Below are positions 1 through 7,918 of a stretch of DNA of 64,000 nt, in pieces; position 1 is the first letter of the stretch; every line of letters starts with the position of its first letter. Source of the stretch: Promethearchaeota archaeon (GTDB lineage Archaea; Asgardarchaeota; Heimdallarchaeia; Hodarchaeales; Hodarchaeaceae); the NCBI GenBank assembly GCA_048939725.1, contig JBHLPG010000001.1:31782-95781 (forward strand). Reading direction: 5' to 3'. The notes beneath the pieces were generated by a model that saw only the letters and a program-made list of their open reading frames with translations, was not told the origin of the DNA and made no database searches. A program made the position numbers and the translations under genes.

Positions 1-378
1 AAAACCTTGAATTAATATTAACAATCCCCAAGTAGAAGATCCTAGTATCCTAATCAAAATTATTTCTTGAAATGGTTAATGTGGGATTTTGTTCTAGCTG
101 ATGTATTAGCGGCCGATTAATATGATCGTAAACAATATGAGGAATTTATAATGGGTTAGGTTACCCGTTTGGAAAGTTTTGAACTAATGGGGTACACACT
201 ATTCGGAGGATTAAGATTTTCTAAAGCTACTGATAATTAACTCAAAGAGTACGGAGGATTTAAATCACTTGTTGAAAACTTCCGAAAATGACTTGTACTA
301 AACATTGGAGATTATTCTGTTTACCAAAAGACAGTTACTCTCTAAAAATCATCAGACTGTAGATAGGAGGCTGTAAGC

Positions 379-1380
379 ATGGGTCATAGGAAAAAGCATG
401 CACCACATCGAGGTTCTCTCGGATATCGAAGGAAAATCGCTAGAAGGCATACAGCACGTTGGAGAACCTGGCCAGAGTCATTGGATTCACCCAGGTTGTT
501 AGGTTACGCTGGATACAAAGCGGGAATGACACATTTAGCAATGGTTAATACTGATAGAAGATCACCATTTTTCAAACAAGAACAATTCGTGCCTGTAACA
601 GTAATTGAGACACCTCCTATAGCTATTTTTGGAATTAGAACATATGTAACTGATCACTTAAATCAGAAGCTTCGTGTTGGAACCCAAATTTGGGGAGATA
701 ACATAGAAAAAGATCTTGAACGTCGAATTAAGGTTCCAAAAGAAAAGCAGGAAAAGGAGCTTCAAATCACCGAGATACGAAATAATCTGGAACAAGTGAA
801 AGAAGTTCGAGTACTCGCTCATACTTTACCTAGGGAAGCTGGTTTTCCCCAAAAGTCTCCTGATATACTAGAAATCAAGGTAGGAGGGTCAATTAGCGAG
901 GCATTCGAATATGCAGTGGAAATTTTAGGTCAAAAGATCTCTATTGAAGATGTTTATAAACCGAGTGATTTTGTGGACGTTTGTGCCACAACAAAGGGAA
1001 AGGGATTTGCAGGGCCAGTTAAAAGACACAGGATCAAGATCCTCCCTCGTAAAACACGGAAAGGTCGAAGAGTTGTTGGATGTATTGGACCTTGGCATCC
1101 CGCACGAGTAATGTGGACGGTTCCACGTGCTGGACAACTAGGTTATTTTGCACGAACGGAGTATAATAAACAAATTCTCAAGATTGGTGAGGATGGCGAA
1201 GAAGTGACTCCCATTAGTGGATTTAAGAGATATGGAAAAGTAGGGAAACATTGTATTGTTCGTGGAAGTGTTCCAGGATCTGTTAAACGTTTAATAAGAC
1301 TAAGAGATCCGATTCGATTGAAGCCTAAGGAAATTGAGGATCTCCAAATAACCTATATCAGTACAACAGCGAAGAATTAA
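379..1380 (+). CDS. rpl3: 50S ribosomal protein uL3 (L3P)
   Basis: 333 aa. N-terminus MGHRKKHAPHRGSLGYRRK and internal KGKGFAGPVKRH / GPWHPARV are typical of archaeal L3. AGGAGG lies 8 nt upstream of the ATG. First gene of the L3-L4-L23-L2 block. Confidence 0.95.
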   Translation: MGHRKKHAPHRGSLGYRRKIARRHTARWRTWPESLDSPRLLGYAGYKAGMTHLAMVNTDRRSPFFKQEQFVPVTVIETPPIAIFGIRTYVTDHLNQKLRVGTQIWGDNIEKDLERRIKVPKEKQEKELQITEIRNNLEQVKEVRVLAHTLPREAGFPQKSPDILEIKVGGSISEAFEYAVEILGQKISIEDVYKPSDFVDVCATTKGKGFAGPVKRHRIKILPRKTRKGRRVVGCIGPWHPARVMWTVPRAGQLGYFARTEYNKQILKIGEDGEEVTPISGFKRYGKVGKHCIVRGSVPGSVKRLIRLRDPIRLKPKEIEDLQITYISTTAKN

Positions 1381-1393
1381 GAGCAGCTAGGCG

Positions 1394-2191
1394 ATGAACT
1401 TGAACTCCTCCAAGATTCCTTTATATGATTTAGAAGGGAAAGAAATCCAAAAAATTGATGTTGGGGCAATATTTAGCACTCCATTTCGTCCAGATATAAT
1501 CAAACGCTGTGTACTAGCAAGTAGGCGTAATCGCCAAATTCCTTATGGGGTCGATCCCCGTGCTGGGAAAAAAACATCTGCAGAAAGCTGGGGGACTGGA
1601 CGTGGAGCTGCTCGAATTCCAAGAGTGAAAGGATCACGAACACACTCTGCTAGTCGTGGAGGGTTTATTCCCTTTGTAGTAGGAGGTCGTCGAACACATC
1701 CACCAAATGGAATGCAGAATTTCACAGAAAAAGTAAACAAGAAGGAAAAATTATTAGCAAAAATGTCCGCGATAGCATGTACGGCTAATCCAGTCCTAGT
1801 TGAGTCACGAGGTCACATTATTGAGGATATTAAGACTTTACCTTTAATTATAAGCGATAAAATTGAATCATTAGAAAAAACTCATGAGGTTCAGACTGTA
1901 TTCGATCATTTAGGTCTATCATATGATTTAGCTAAAGCTAAAAGACGAAATACTCAAATTCGGCCTGGAAAAGGGAAAAGTCGTGGAAGAAAGTATAAAA
2001 AGGGAAAATCAGTTCTTATTGTTATTGGTAACGATCATGGGGTAGGTGCTGCGGCAAGAAACTTACCTGGTGTTGATGTTGTCAAGGTAGATCAATTAAA
2101 TGTTGAACACCTAGCTCCTGGAACTCATCCAGGACGCTTGACACTTTGGACAAAATCTGCAATTGATTTCCTTCGTAAATCAGAACAATAA
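1394..2191 (+). CDS. rpl4: 50S ribosomal protein uL4 (L4P/L1e)
   Basis: 265 aa. GTGRGAARIPRVKG and GGRRTHPP motifs. Starts 13 nt after rpl3. Confidence 0.93.
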   Translation: MNLNSSKIPLYDLEGKEIQKIDVGAIFSTPFRPDIIKRCVLASRRNRQIPYGVDPRAGKKTSAESWGTGRGAARIPRVKGSRTHSASRGGFIPFVVGGRRTHPPNGMQNFTEKVNKKEKLLAKMSAIACTANPVLVESRGHIIEDIKTLPLIISDKIESLEKTHEVQTVFDHLGLSYDLAKAKRRNTQIRPGKGKSRGRKYKKGKSVLIVIGNDHGVGAAARNLPGVDVVKVDQLNVEHLAPGTHPGRLTLWTKSAIDFLRKSEQ

Positions 2192-2230
2192 ATATCTAAA
2201 TAATTTGATAATGATAGAGGTGAAACCAAG

Positions 2231-2506
2231 CTGAAGTTCAGACAACCTCAGGATATTATTAAGTATCCATTAATCTCAGAGGCGGCTTTCAATAAGATGG
2301 ATAGTATTTACGAAAATGCCTTGGTTTTCATTGTTGATCGTCGGGCTACGAAACATGAAATTAAGCAAGCTTTCGAAGAGCTTTACAAAGTAAAAATAGT
2401 GAAGGTTAATACTCTCATAACTCCTCAAGGTAGGAAAAAAGCCTTCATAAAGCTCTCACCAGATCATAGTGCTTTGGATTTGGCAACTGAAGTTGGAATC
2501 ATCTAA
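2231..2506 (+). CDS. rpl23: 50S ribosomal protein uL23 (L23P); start codon uncertain, putative CTG
   Basis: The L23-like sequence (DIIKYPLISEAAFNK...VFIVDRRATKHEIKQAFEELYKVKIVKVNTL) begins upstream of the first ATG at 2297. The frame is open from 2204 with no ATG/GTG/TTG. CTG at 2231 lies 7 nt after GAGGTGA. The ORF-track version is 2297..2506. Confidence 0.8.
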   Translation: MKFRQPQDIIKYPLISEAAFNKMDSIYENALVFIVDRRATKHEIKQAFEELYKVKIVKVNTLITPQGRKKAFIKLSPDHSALDLATEVGII

Positions 2507-2518
2507 GAGGTGTGAAGA

Positions 2519-3262
2519 ATGGGAAAGCGAATTTTAGTTCAACGACGAGGCAGAGGTTCTCCAGTCTTTAGGGCATTATCGCATCGAAGAAGGGGAAAAG
2601 CACGATATCTACCACTCTCAGAAAAGGAGAGGAGCGATAAAATAGAGTTCACGATAATCGATTTTGTCCACGAACGTGGCCGAGGAGTCCCCTTAATGCT
2701 CATTAAATATGAGGACGGGAGTGAATGCTTTCTACCTGCCCCAGAGGGTGTATTTATAGGTCAAAGACGGGAACAAGGTGCAAATGCCTCTTTAGAGGTT
2801 GGCAATGTCCTACCTGTTCATAAAATCCCAGAGGGGGTATGGGTATGTAATGTAGAAGTCAGACCTGGCGATGGAGGAGCGTTATGTCGAGCTTCTGGAA
2901 CCCATGGCTTAGTGAGAAGCCAATCAAAAGATGGTTCATCGGTTCAACTACCTTCTCGAAGATTGAAAAAAATTGATAAAAATGCTCGTGCAATGATTGG
3001 AATTGTTTCTGGAGGTGGACGTCCAGATCGCCCCTTTGTTAAGGCTGGATTAAAAAGGGCTTTTATGAGGGCAAAGGGACATAAGTCTTTTCCAGTTGTT
3101 CGGGGTGTTGCCATGAACATTGTATCACATCCATTCGGAGGAGGAGCACATCAAGGACCAGGTCAACCTACCACAGTTTCACGAAATGCTCCACCAGGAA
3201 GAAAAGTAGGATTGATTGCTGCACGTCGCACAGGACTAAGACGTGGTCGTATTAGAGATTGA
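2519..3262 (+). CDS. rpl2: 50S ribosomal protein uL2 (L2P)
   Basis: 247 aa. VRGVAMNIVSHPFGGGAHQGPG motif. Follows rpl23 in the conserved order. Confidence 0.95.
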   Translation: MGKRILVQRRGRGSPVFRALSHRRRGKARYLPLSEKERSDKIEFTIIDFVHERGRGVPLMLIKYEDGSECFLPAPEGVFIGQRREQGANASLEVGNVLPVHKIPEGVWVCNVEVRPGDGGALCRASGTHGLVRSQSKDGSSVQLPSRRLKKIDKNARAMIGIVSGGGRPDRPFVKAGLKRAFMRAKGHKSFPVVRGVAMNIVSHPFGGGAHQGPGQPTTVSRNAPPGRKVGLIAARRTGLRRGRIRD

Positions 3263-3270
3263 GACCAAGA

Positions 3271-3918
3271 TCATTTTTTAGAAAGTTTCTTTTTTACTTT
3301 TTTCAGTCTAACAAAAGCCTCTCGTTCTCGCTCTGCTAATGTTAATTTTATCCAGCTTACTGTAGCTTCGATACGTGGTATGATGATATAATTCAAAGCG
3401 TTCACACGGCGTTTCGTCTCAATTATCTCCTTTGCAAGTCTAGTCAGAGTTGATTGAATCTCTGCTAGACCCACAATTGTTTGGAGCGTGTTTTCAAAAA
3501 TCCTCAAGGCTTTATCAAATCGTGCTGTGGTTTCTCGCATTGAGTAATAGAGTAATTTATCTTGAGATAATGTTTCTTGACGAATTTTAAAGACTGGGAC
3601 GGAAATTCCCATAAGTCTACGACTCTCACTCTCCAAGCTAAATTTACGAGGATATCCAAAGGCTGCATTCTTTACTCCATGGTCTCCCATTTGAAGTTGT
3701 AACTGAGTGTAATAATCTTGAGAGGCTCTTATTGCTTCTTGAACTTCATTCCGTTTTTGTTTGTATACCATAACCGTTGAGAATAATTCACCAGTTAGAG
3801 CTTCTAATTTTTCACTTAATAACTCATAACCCTTATTAGCTAATTCTAATCTCTGTTTAAGCTCTAGTAGTTGCATTCGAGTTGGGGTGATTCCTGGAAT
3901 TATGTTCTCTGTACTCAT
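3271..3918 (-). CDS. atpD: A/V-type ATP synthase subunit D
   Basis: 215 aa. N-terminal PTRMQLLELKQRLELANKGYELL and C-terminal ETKRRVNALNYIIIP match the subunit D signature. No other atp genes are adjacent. Confidence 0.85.
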   Translation of the reverse strand: MSTENIIPGITPTRMQLLELKQRLELANKGYELLSEKLEALTGELFSTVMVYKQKRNEVQEAIRASQDYYTQLQLQMGDHGVKNAAFGYPRKFSLESESRRLMGISVPVFKIRQETLSQDKLLYYSMRETTARFDKALRIFENTLQTIVGLAEIQSTLTRLAKEIIETKRRVNALNYIIIPRIEATVSWIKLTLAEREREAFVRLKKVKKKLSKK

Positions 3919-3958
3919 GAAAGAACCTCAGATCAACATCAGATGCACTCTTTATTGA

Positions 3959-4085
3959 TGCGGGGGGTGAGATTTGAACTCACGAACGCCTATGCGAGCA
4001 GATCTTGAGTCTGGGACATGTGTTTCTCGACTAAGTGTCCAATAAACACATTCTGGCCCCGTTGACCTGGCTGGGGTACCCCCGC
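3959..4085 (-). tRNA. tRNA-Leu(CAA) with a ~42-nt intron on the 5' side of the anticodon stem (non-canonical position)
   Basis: Minus strand reads GCGGGGG-TA-CCCCAGCCAGGTCAACGGGG-CCAGA[ATGTGTTT..AAACACATGTCCCAGA]CTCAAGATCTGC-TCGCATAGGCGTTC-GTGAGTTCAAATCTCAC-CCCCCGC-A. The acceptor and T arms pair, there is a long variable arm, and the anticodon loop is CTCAAGA. A CCAGA duplication makes the exact splice point ambiguous. Mature length is 85 nt. Confidence 0.8.
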
Positions 4086-4365
4086 CGTCAATTACGTACT
4101 TGTTAGGACTTTTTTCTTATATCGCTTCAAATTGTATTGATTTTTTTAAAATTTTGGAGTTACCAATCATCTTGTAGTACAACTACAGAGATGTCTTAAT
4201 AAATTAAAGGATTGCCTCCAACGAAAAATTTCAACTAGAATATCAAAAACAAGGTAATTAATATTAATAAGAATGTCTTTCATTCAAGTAGATTAATTGA
4301 AAGAGCTTAATTTGAGGTACATTTAAGCGTTTGGTAGATTAATTTAAAAATAAATAATCCAATCC

Positions 4366-4563
4366 ATGGTTGAATTTAAGGAGTATTCCAAAGCGATGTA
4401 TAATCTCCCTTTTTCCTCTAAAATGTATAATTATCTCATTGGTAGTTCAATTCCAACTTCAAGTACCATCTTATCAGAATTACCTTTTTATCTTGTCCTC
4501 TTCGGATCGTTTATAATTTTAGCATTATTATTCAGATTTTTTAATCGCAAATCTTCCCAGTAG
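4366..4563 (+). CDS. hypothetical small protein with a single C-terminal TM helix (tail-anchored topology)
   Basis: 65-aa ORF whose only feature is the hydrophobic C-terminal stretch LPFYLVLFGSFIILALLFRFF. No recognisable family. Confidence 0.25.
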   Translation: MVEFKEYSKAMYNLPFSSKMYNYLIGSSIPTSSTILSELPFYLVLFGSFIILALLFRFFNRKSSQ

Positions 4564-4574
4564 ATCTTTTTTTA

Positions 4575-5405
4575 TTATAAAAGATCATCAAGCTTACTAA
4601 AAGTAATCATTATTGCTTCCTCTAATCGTAACGAGCGTGTGCCATATTTTTGCAGAATGTTGAGGCAACAATTGAACAAATCACCAACTTTTTTTCCTTC
4701 TGCCTTAACCATCTCTGGAATCCCTTGGTATGGGCTACCAAATGCTACCAAAAGACTTGATTTTTCTCTTACATCAATGGAAACTGATGCAATTGGTTGA
4801 CAAGATTTAGAAGTCGCGATCTTAAATTCTGATCGGTTCACAAGTAGCTTTCCAAGAGTTGTTGTTGAAGTGTGAACTGAATACCCCCAGTACACATTTT
4901 CAGGGGGTTTAGGAAGAATTTCTGCTTTAAATCTTTCTTTATTTTTGCGAATTTTAACTGTAACCCGTAATGTTTTATTTAATAATGATTTTCTTGGAGG
5001 AGAAAGAACTTCAAGGAGATGTGTACCCCCTACATCAGCTACAACACGGCTTTGATTAAGAAATATCGCTGCTTCTCTGACTTCGTTTGGTTTTAGATCT
5101 CGAGATCGAATGTGATGTGGTGTTGCTAATGGAGAGAGAATACCGACAGCAGAAGTGTCACGAGAGAGGGGGAACATTCTTTTTCGAAGGTACTGTGGAC
5201 ATTCGATATATTGAAGAATTCTAGAAATAATACGCCTTTCACGGCTGGCTCGAGACGGTTTTAAAAAAGGATCATGATACAGAAGAATATCTTGAACTTG
5301 GAAGATTGCAGCAACACGCGCAATTTGAAATAACTTCTCAGTTTTTGTACGTAGATCACTGCAATCAGTGACCGCAGAATCAGGAATGGCTATTGTTAGT
5401 TGCAA
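4575..5405 (-). CDS. SPOUT-superfamily RNA methyltransferase, DUF171/COG2106 family
   Basis: 276 aa. N-terminus LTIAIPDSAVTDCSDLRTKTEKLFQIARVAAIFQVQDILLY is characteristic of the DUF171 (SPOUT1-like) family. Confidence 0.6.
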   Translation of the reverse strand: MQLTIAIPDSAVTDCSDLRTKTEKLFQIARVAAIFQVQDILLYHDPFLKPSRASRERRIISRILQYIECPQYLRKRMFPLSRDTSAVGILSPLATPHHIRSRDLKPNEVREAAIFLNQSRVVADVGGTHLLEVLSPPRKSLLNKTLRVTVKIRKNKERFKAEILPKPPENVYWGYSVHTSTTTLGKLLVNRSEFKIATSKSCQPIASVSIDVREKSSLLVAFGSPYQGIPEMVKAEGKKVGDLFNCCLNILQKYGTRSLRLEEAIMITFSKLDDLL

Positions 5406-5471
5406 TTTTTCACTTCTTAAAGATAAAACAAAGAGTCTACAAAGAAATACAAATACTAAGGTTTCTAGAAT

Positions 5472-6353
5472 CTAAGATAGGTTGTTTTCAAAATAATGCT
5501 CTACATATGCTCTAATGACATCTTTTTGATTAATTATTCCAAGTAGCTTACCATCTGCAGATACTACAGGAAGTTGATCGAATTGCTTTGAGCTCATTTT
5601 CCTTGCAACCTCACTTATTGTACTGCCCTTGTAGCACACTTCAACATTTCGTTCCATAATCTCACTTACTGTCATATTTGAGGGTAAAGTTAACGTTTTT
5701 GAGCCAATGATCAGTACTGATTCACTATCCCAGGAGGAGCTATCATTTTCTGCTCCGTGGCCTGTTCGACTTTTACTTTGGGAGTCCAAGATTTCTACTA
5801 CCTTAAGGAAATCATGTTGAGTGATCAATCCCACCATTTCGGTTTCATTTATAACTGGGATACCTTTTTGATGACTTAATCTAAGGATTGAAGCAGCAGC
5901 AGGAAGGGGAGTTTTTTCCCAGATTGCGGTTATATTTGGGGAAAAATAGTTTTCAACATCAGATTGGATTCTAGCTGGAACTACAACTTTTTTAACAAGA
6001 TCATTTCGCGAAATTAAGCCAATAAGAGTTTTATTTTCATCAACAATGGGGATACGTTGAAAAACTTCCCTAACGAAAATCCGTGCTGCGGTTATCGCTT
6101 TGTCATCAGCTTTTAATGTTACAACATCTCGCACCATTAACAACGATATTTGGGTTTCATCAGGATTACGAAAAAGATCAGATCGAGATACAATTCCAGC
6201 AAGTTCATCAGAACCTTTTTTCAAAACAGGGTAAACACTCAATCCTGTTTCACGAATTTTATCTAACAAAATATCTCTGTTTCCAGGAATGGTAATAGTG
6301 ACGAGATCTTCTCTCTTTGTCATAATTCTGGAAATAAGGAAATCTTTTACCAT
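5472..6353 (-). CDS. CBS-domain protein (four CBS repeats)
   Basis: 293 aa with repeated CBS-like modules (e.g. PVLKKGSDELAGIVSRSDL, IPIVDENKTLIGLISRNDLVK, IPVINETEMVGLITQHDF, LPVVSADGKLLGIINQKDVI). Confidence 0.8.
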   Translation of the reverse strand: MVKDFLISRIMTKREDLVTITIPGNRDILLDKIRETGLSVYPVLKKGSDELAGIVSRSDLFRNPDETQISLLMVRDVVTLKADDKAITAARIFVREVFQRIPIVDENKTLIGLISRNDLVKKVVVPARIQSDVENYFSPNITAIWEKTPLPAAASILRLSHQKGIPVINETEMVGLITQHDFLKVVEILDSQSKSRTGHGAENDSSSWDSESVLIIGSKTLTLPSNMTVSEIMERNVEVCYKGSTISEVARKMSSKQFDQLPVVSADGKLLGIINQKDVIRAYVEHYFENNLS

Positions 6354-6449
6354 TTGTTATCACCTATTCAGTAATTTTTTTCTCAATGAAAATCCTTTTT
6401 TCCCCAGTGAAGAAATAAATGTATGATCAGATAAACTTAGAAGTAATTA

Positions 6450-6635
6450 TCACGCATTAAGGAGAAGTATATTCAAGAGCAATATAATAGCAACAAACGC
6501 AACAGCTAATACCACAGTCCAATATGGTCCCATCTTTAATCCTGGAGAGTCTGATTCAGAATAAAATCTTATTAATCCCGCTCCCGTAGCAGGCATGGGG
6601 GAATCTTCTCGCCGCTTAGATTTTCTTACACTCAA
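6450..6635 (-). CDS. secG: preprotein translocase subunit Sec61 beta (archaeal SecG)
   Basis: The C-terminal 61 aa, (M)SVRKSKRREDSPMPATGAGLIRFYSE...plus a TM helix, match Sec61beta. TTG at 6635 is preceded by AAAGGTG with an 8-nt spacer. The ORF track extends to a GTG at 6824, adding a Y/N/Q-rich extension that looks non-native. Confidence 0.7.
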   Translation of the reverse strand: MSVRKSKRREDSPMPATGAGLIRFYSESDSPGLKMGPYWTVVLAVAFVAIILLLNILLLNA

Positions 6636-6949
6636 TCTTGATACACCTTTTGAGTAAATATAGTATCTCGTGTTAATTAACAGTTTTTCTTTAAAATTCT
6701 GATTAGTATTCTGGAAAAATATTTTCCTATGAAAATCTTGTGTTACATTAGTCGATTCAATACTAACCAGAACGTATCCTTGAACGTAATAAATATATTG
6801 TCTCTGTTCAGAGACTGATTTCACTTATTCCTTATGAAGTTTTATATAATACGTTAAGTCAATTTAATGAAATTAGAATTTCTTTTTAGATTGTTAAATA
6901 ATAGCCTCTAATGCTCACATACCATTGAAAATGAGGTGAATTTGAAATA

Positions 6950-7735
6950 TTAGCTCCATATATTGAATATCTTCGCCTTAACTGTGTTTAGTCGCCACCA
7001 CATCCAATCCAACCAATCTGCAAATTGATCAATAATAGGAACTGGTCCAATCCTCTCTATTACGAAAGCGAAAAGAATAGTTCCAAAAAAACCGATGACT
7101 TTGGATGAGACATCGTGAGCCCAATAAAATGCTTCTTGGGGATCCATATGAAATTGGGTAATTAGGATATAAACACACCAGAGGTGAAATGTTATTCTTA
7201 GAGCGTTTCCAATAAATAGAGCGATAAAGAAAGCAATACTTGCACGAATTTTTGCAATCCATGGAGCTTCTGTTACCATAATAATAGCAATGAGTAATCC
7301 TCCAGCTTGCATTCCTGTGCAAGCTTTTACTATCCAATAATCTCCATCAGGAAGGGGATCTGCATATGGAATCCGTATCCCTGGTGTGTGGATTGTAGCT
7401 TCTAGAAATGGAAATGGGCCGCCTCTCAAAGATTCAGGAATAATAGTACTGGGATCAGTTGAGGGGATTAGATAATTTTCTATTCCCAAAAAATTCAAGA
7501 GTCCATGGATTATATCTCTGGTCGGAATTTCAATAAACACCCAATCAGGTAATGTATATATTAAGAAGGTAATAACTGAAGCGATTAACAAGGTTATTAT
7601 CATAAGTTTGTCATTGTGAAATCGCTTCGTGACAGTTTTGTGATCTGATGTTGTTACTGTCTTATCTGGAGATAGCTCGTCTTGGGGGTAGCTAACAATG
7701 GACTGAGTATGTGTTTTACTTGTCATATCGCTCAA
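6950..7735 (-). CDS. archaeosortase/exosortase-family transpeptidase
   Basis: 261-aa polytopic membrane protein with VKACTGMQ (catalytic Cys context) and IGNALRITFH (Arg/His context), as in exosortase/archaeosortase. Confidence 0.6.
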   Translation of the reverse strand: MSDMTSKTHTQSIVSYPQDELSPDKTVTTSDHKTVTKRFHNDKLMIITLLIASVITFLIYTLPDWVFIEIPTRDIIHGLLNFLGIENYLIPSTDPSTIIPESLRGGPFPFLEATIHTPGIRIPYADPLPDGDYWIVKACTGMQAGGLLIAIIMVTEAPWIAKIRASIAFFIALFIGNALRITFHLWCVYILITQFHMDPQEAFYWAHDVSSKVIGFFGTILFAFVIERIGPVPIIDQFADWLDWMWWRLNTVKAKIFNIWS

Positions 7736-7918
7736 TCTCTATTTGTTTGGACTGAATGAACTGAAACAGCTTCATTTAAAATTTTTATTCTTCGAAGAGA
7801 AATATTATTTTTTTCTTGGCTTTATACTTTGAGATTTAGAAAGCTATACTTTGAAATCCTTTAAATATCCCAGCTCAAATCTTAAAAATAAGTCTGGCCG
7901 TAAAGGCACATTCAATTT

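Noticed and set aside
6636-6824. N-terminal 63-codon extension of the Sec61-beta ORF (GTG 6824)
   Set aside because: The extension is Y/N/Q-rich with no similarity to Sec61beta. TTG 6635 has a good AAAGGTG motif at 8 nt and gives the usual ~60-aa archaeal protein. A TATA-like TTATATAAAA near 6845 means the longer form cannot be fully excluded.
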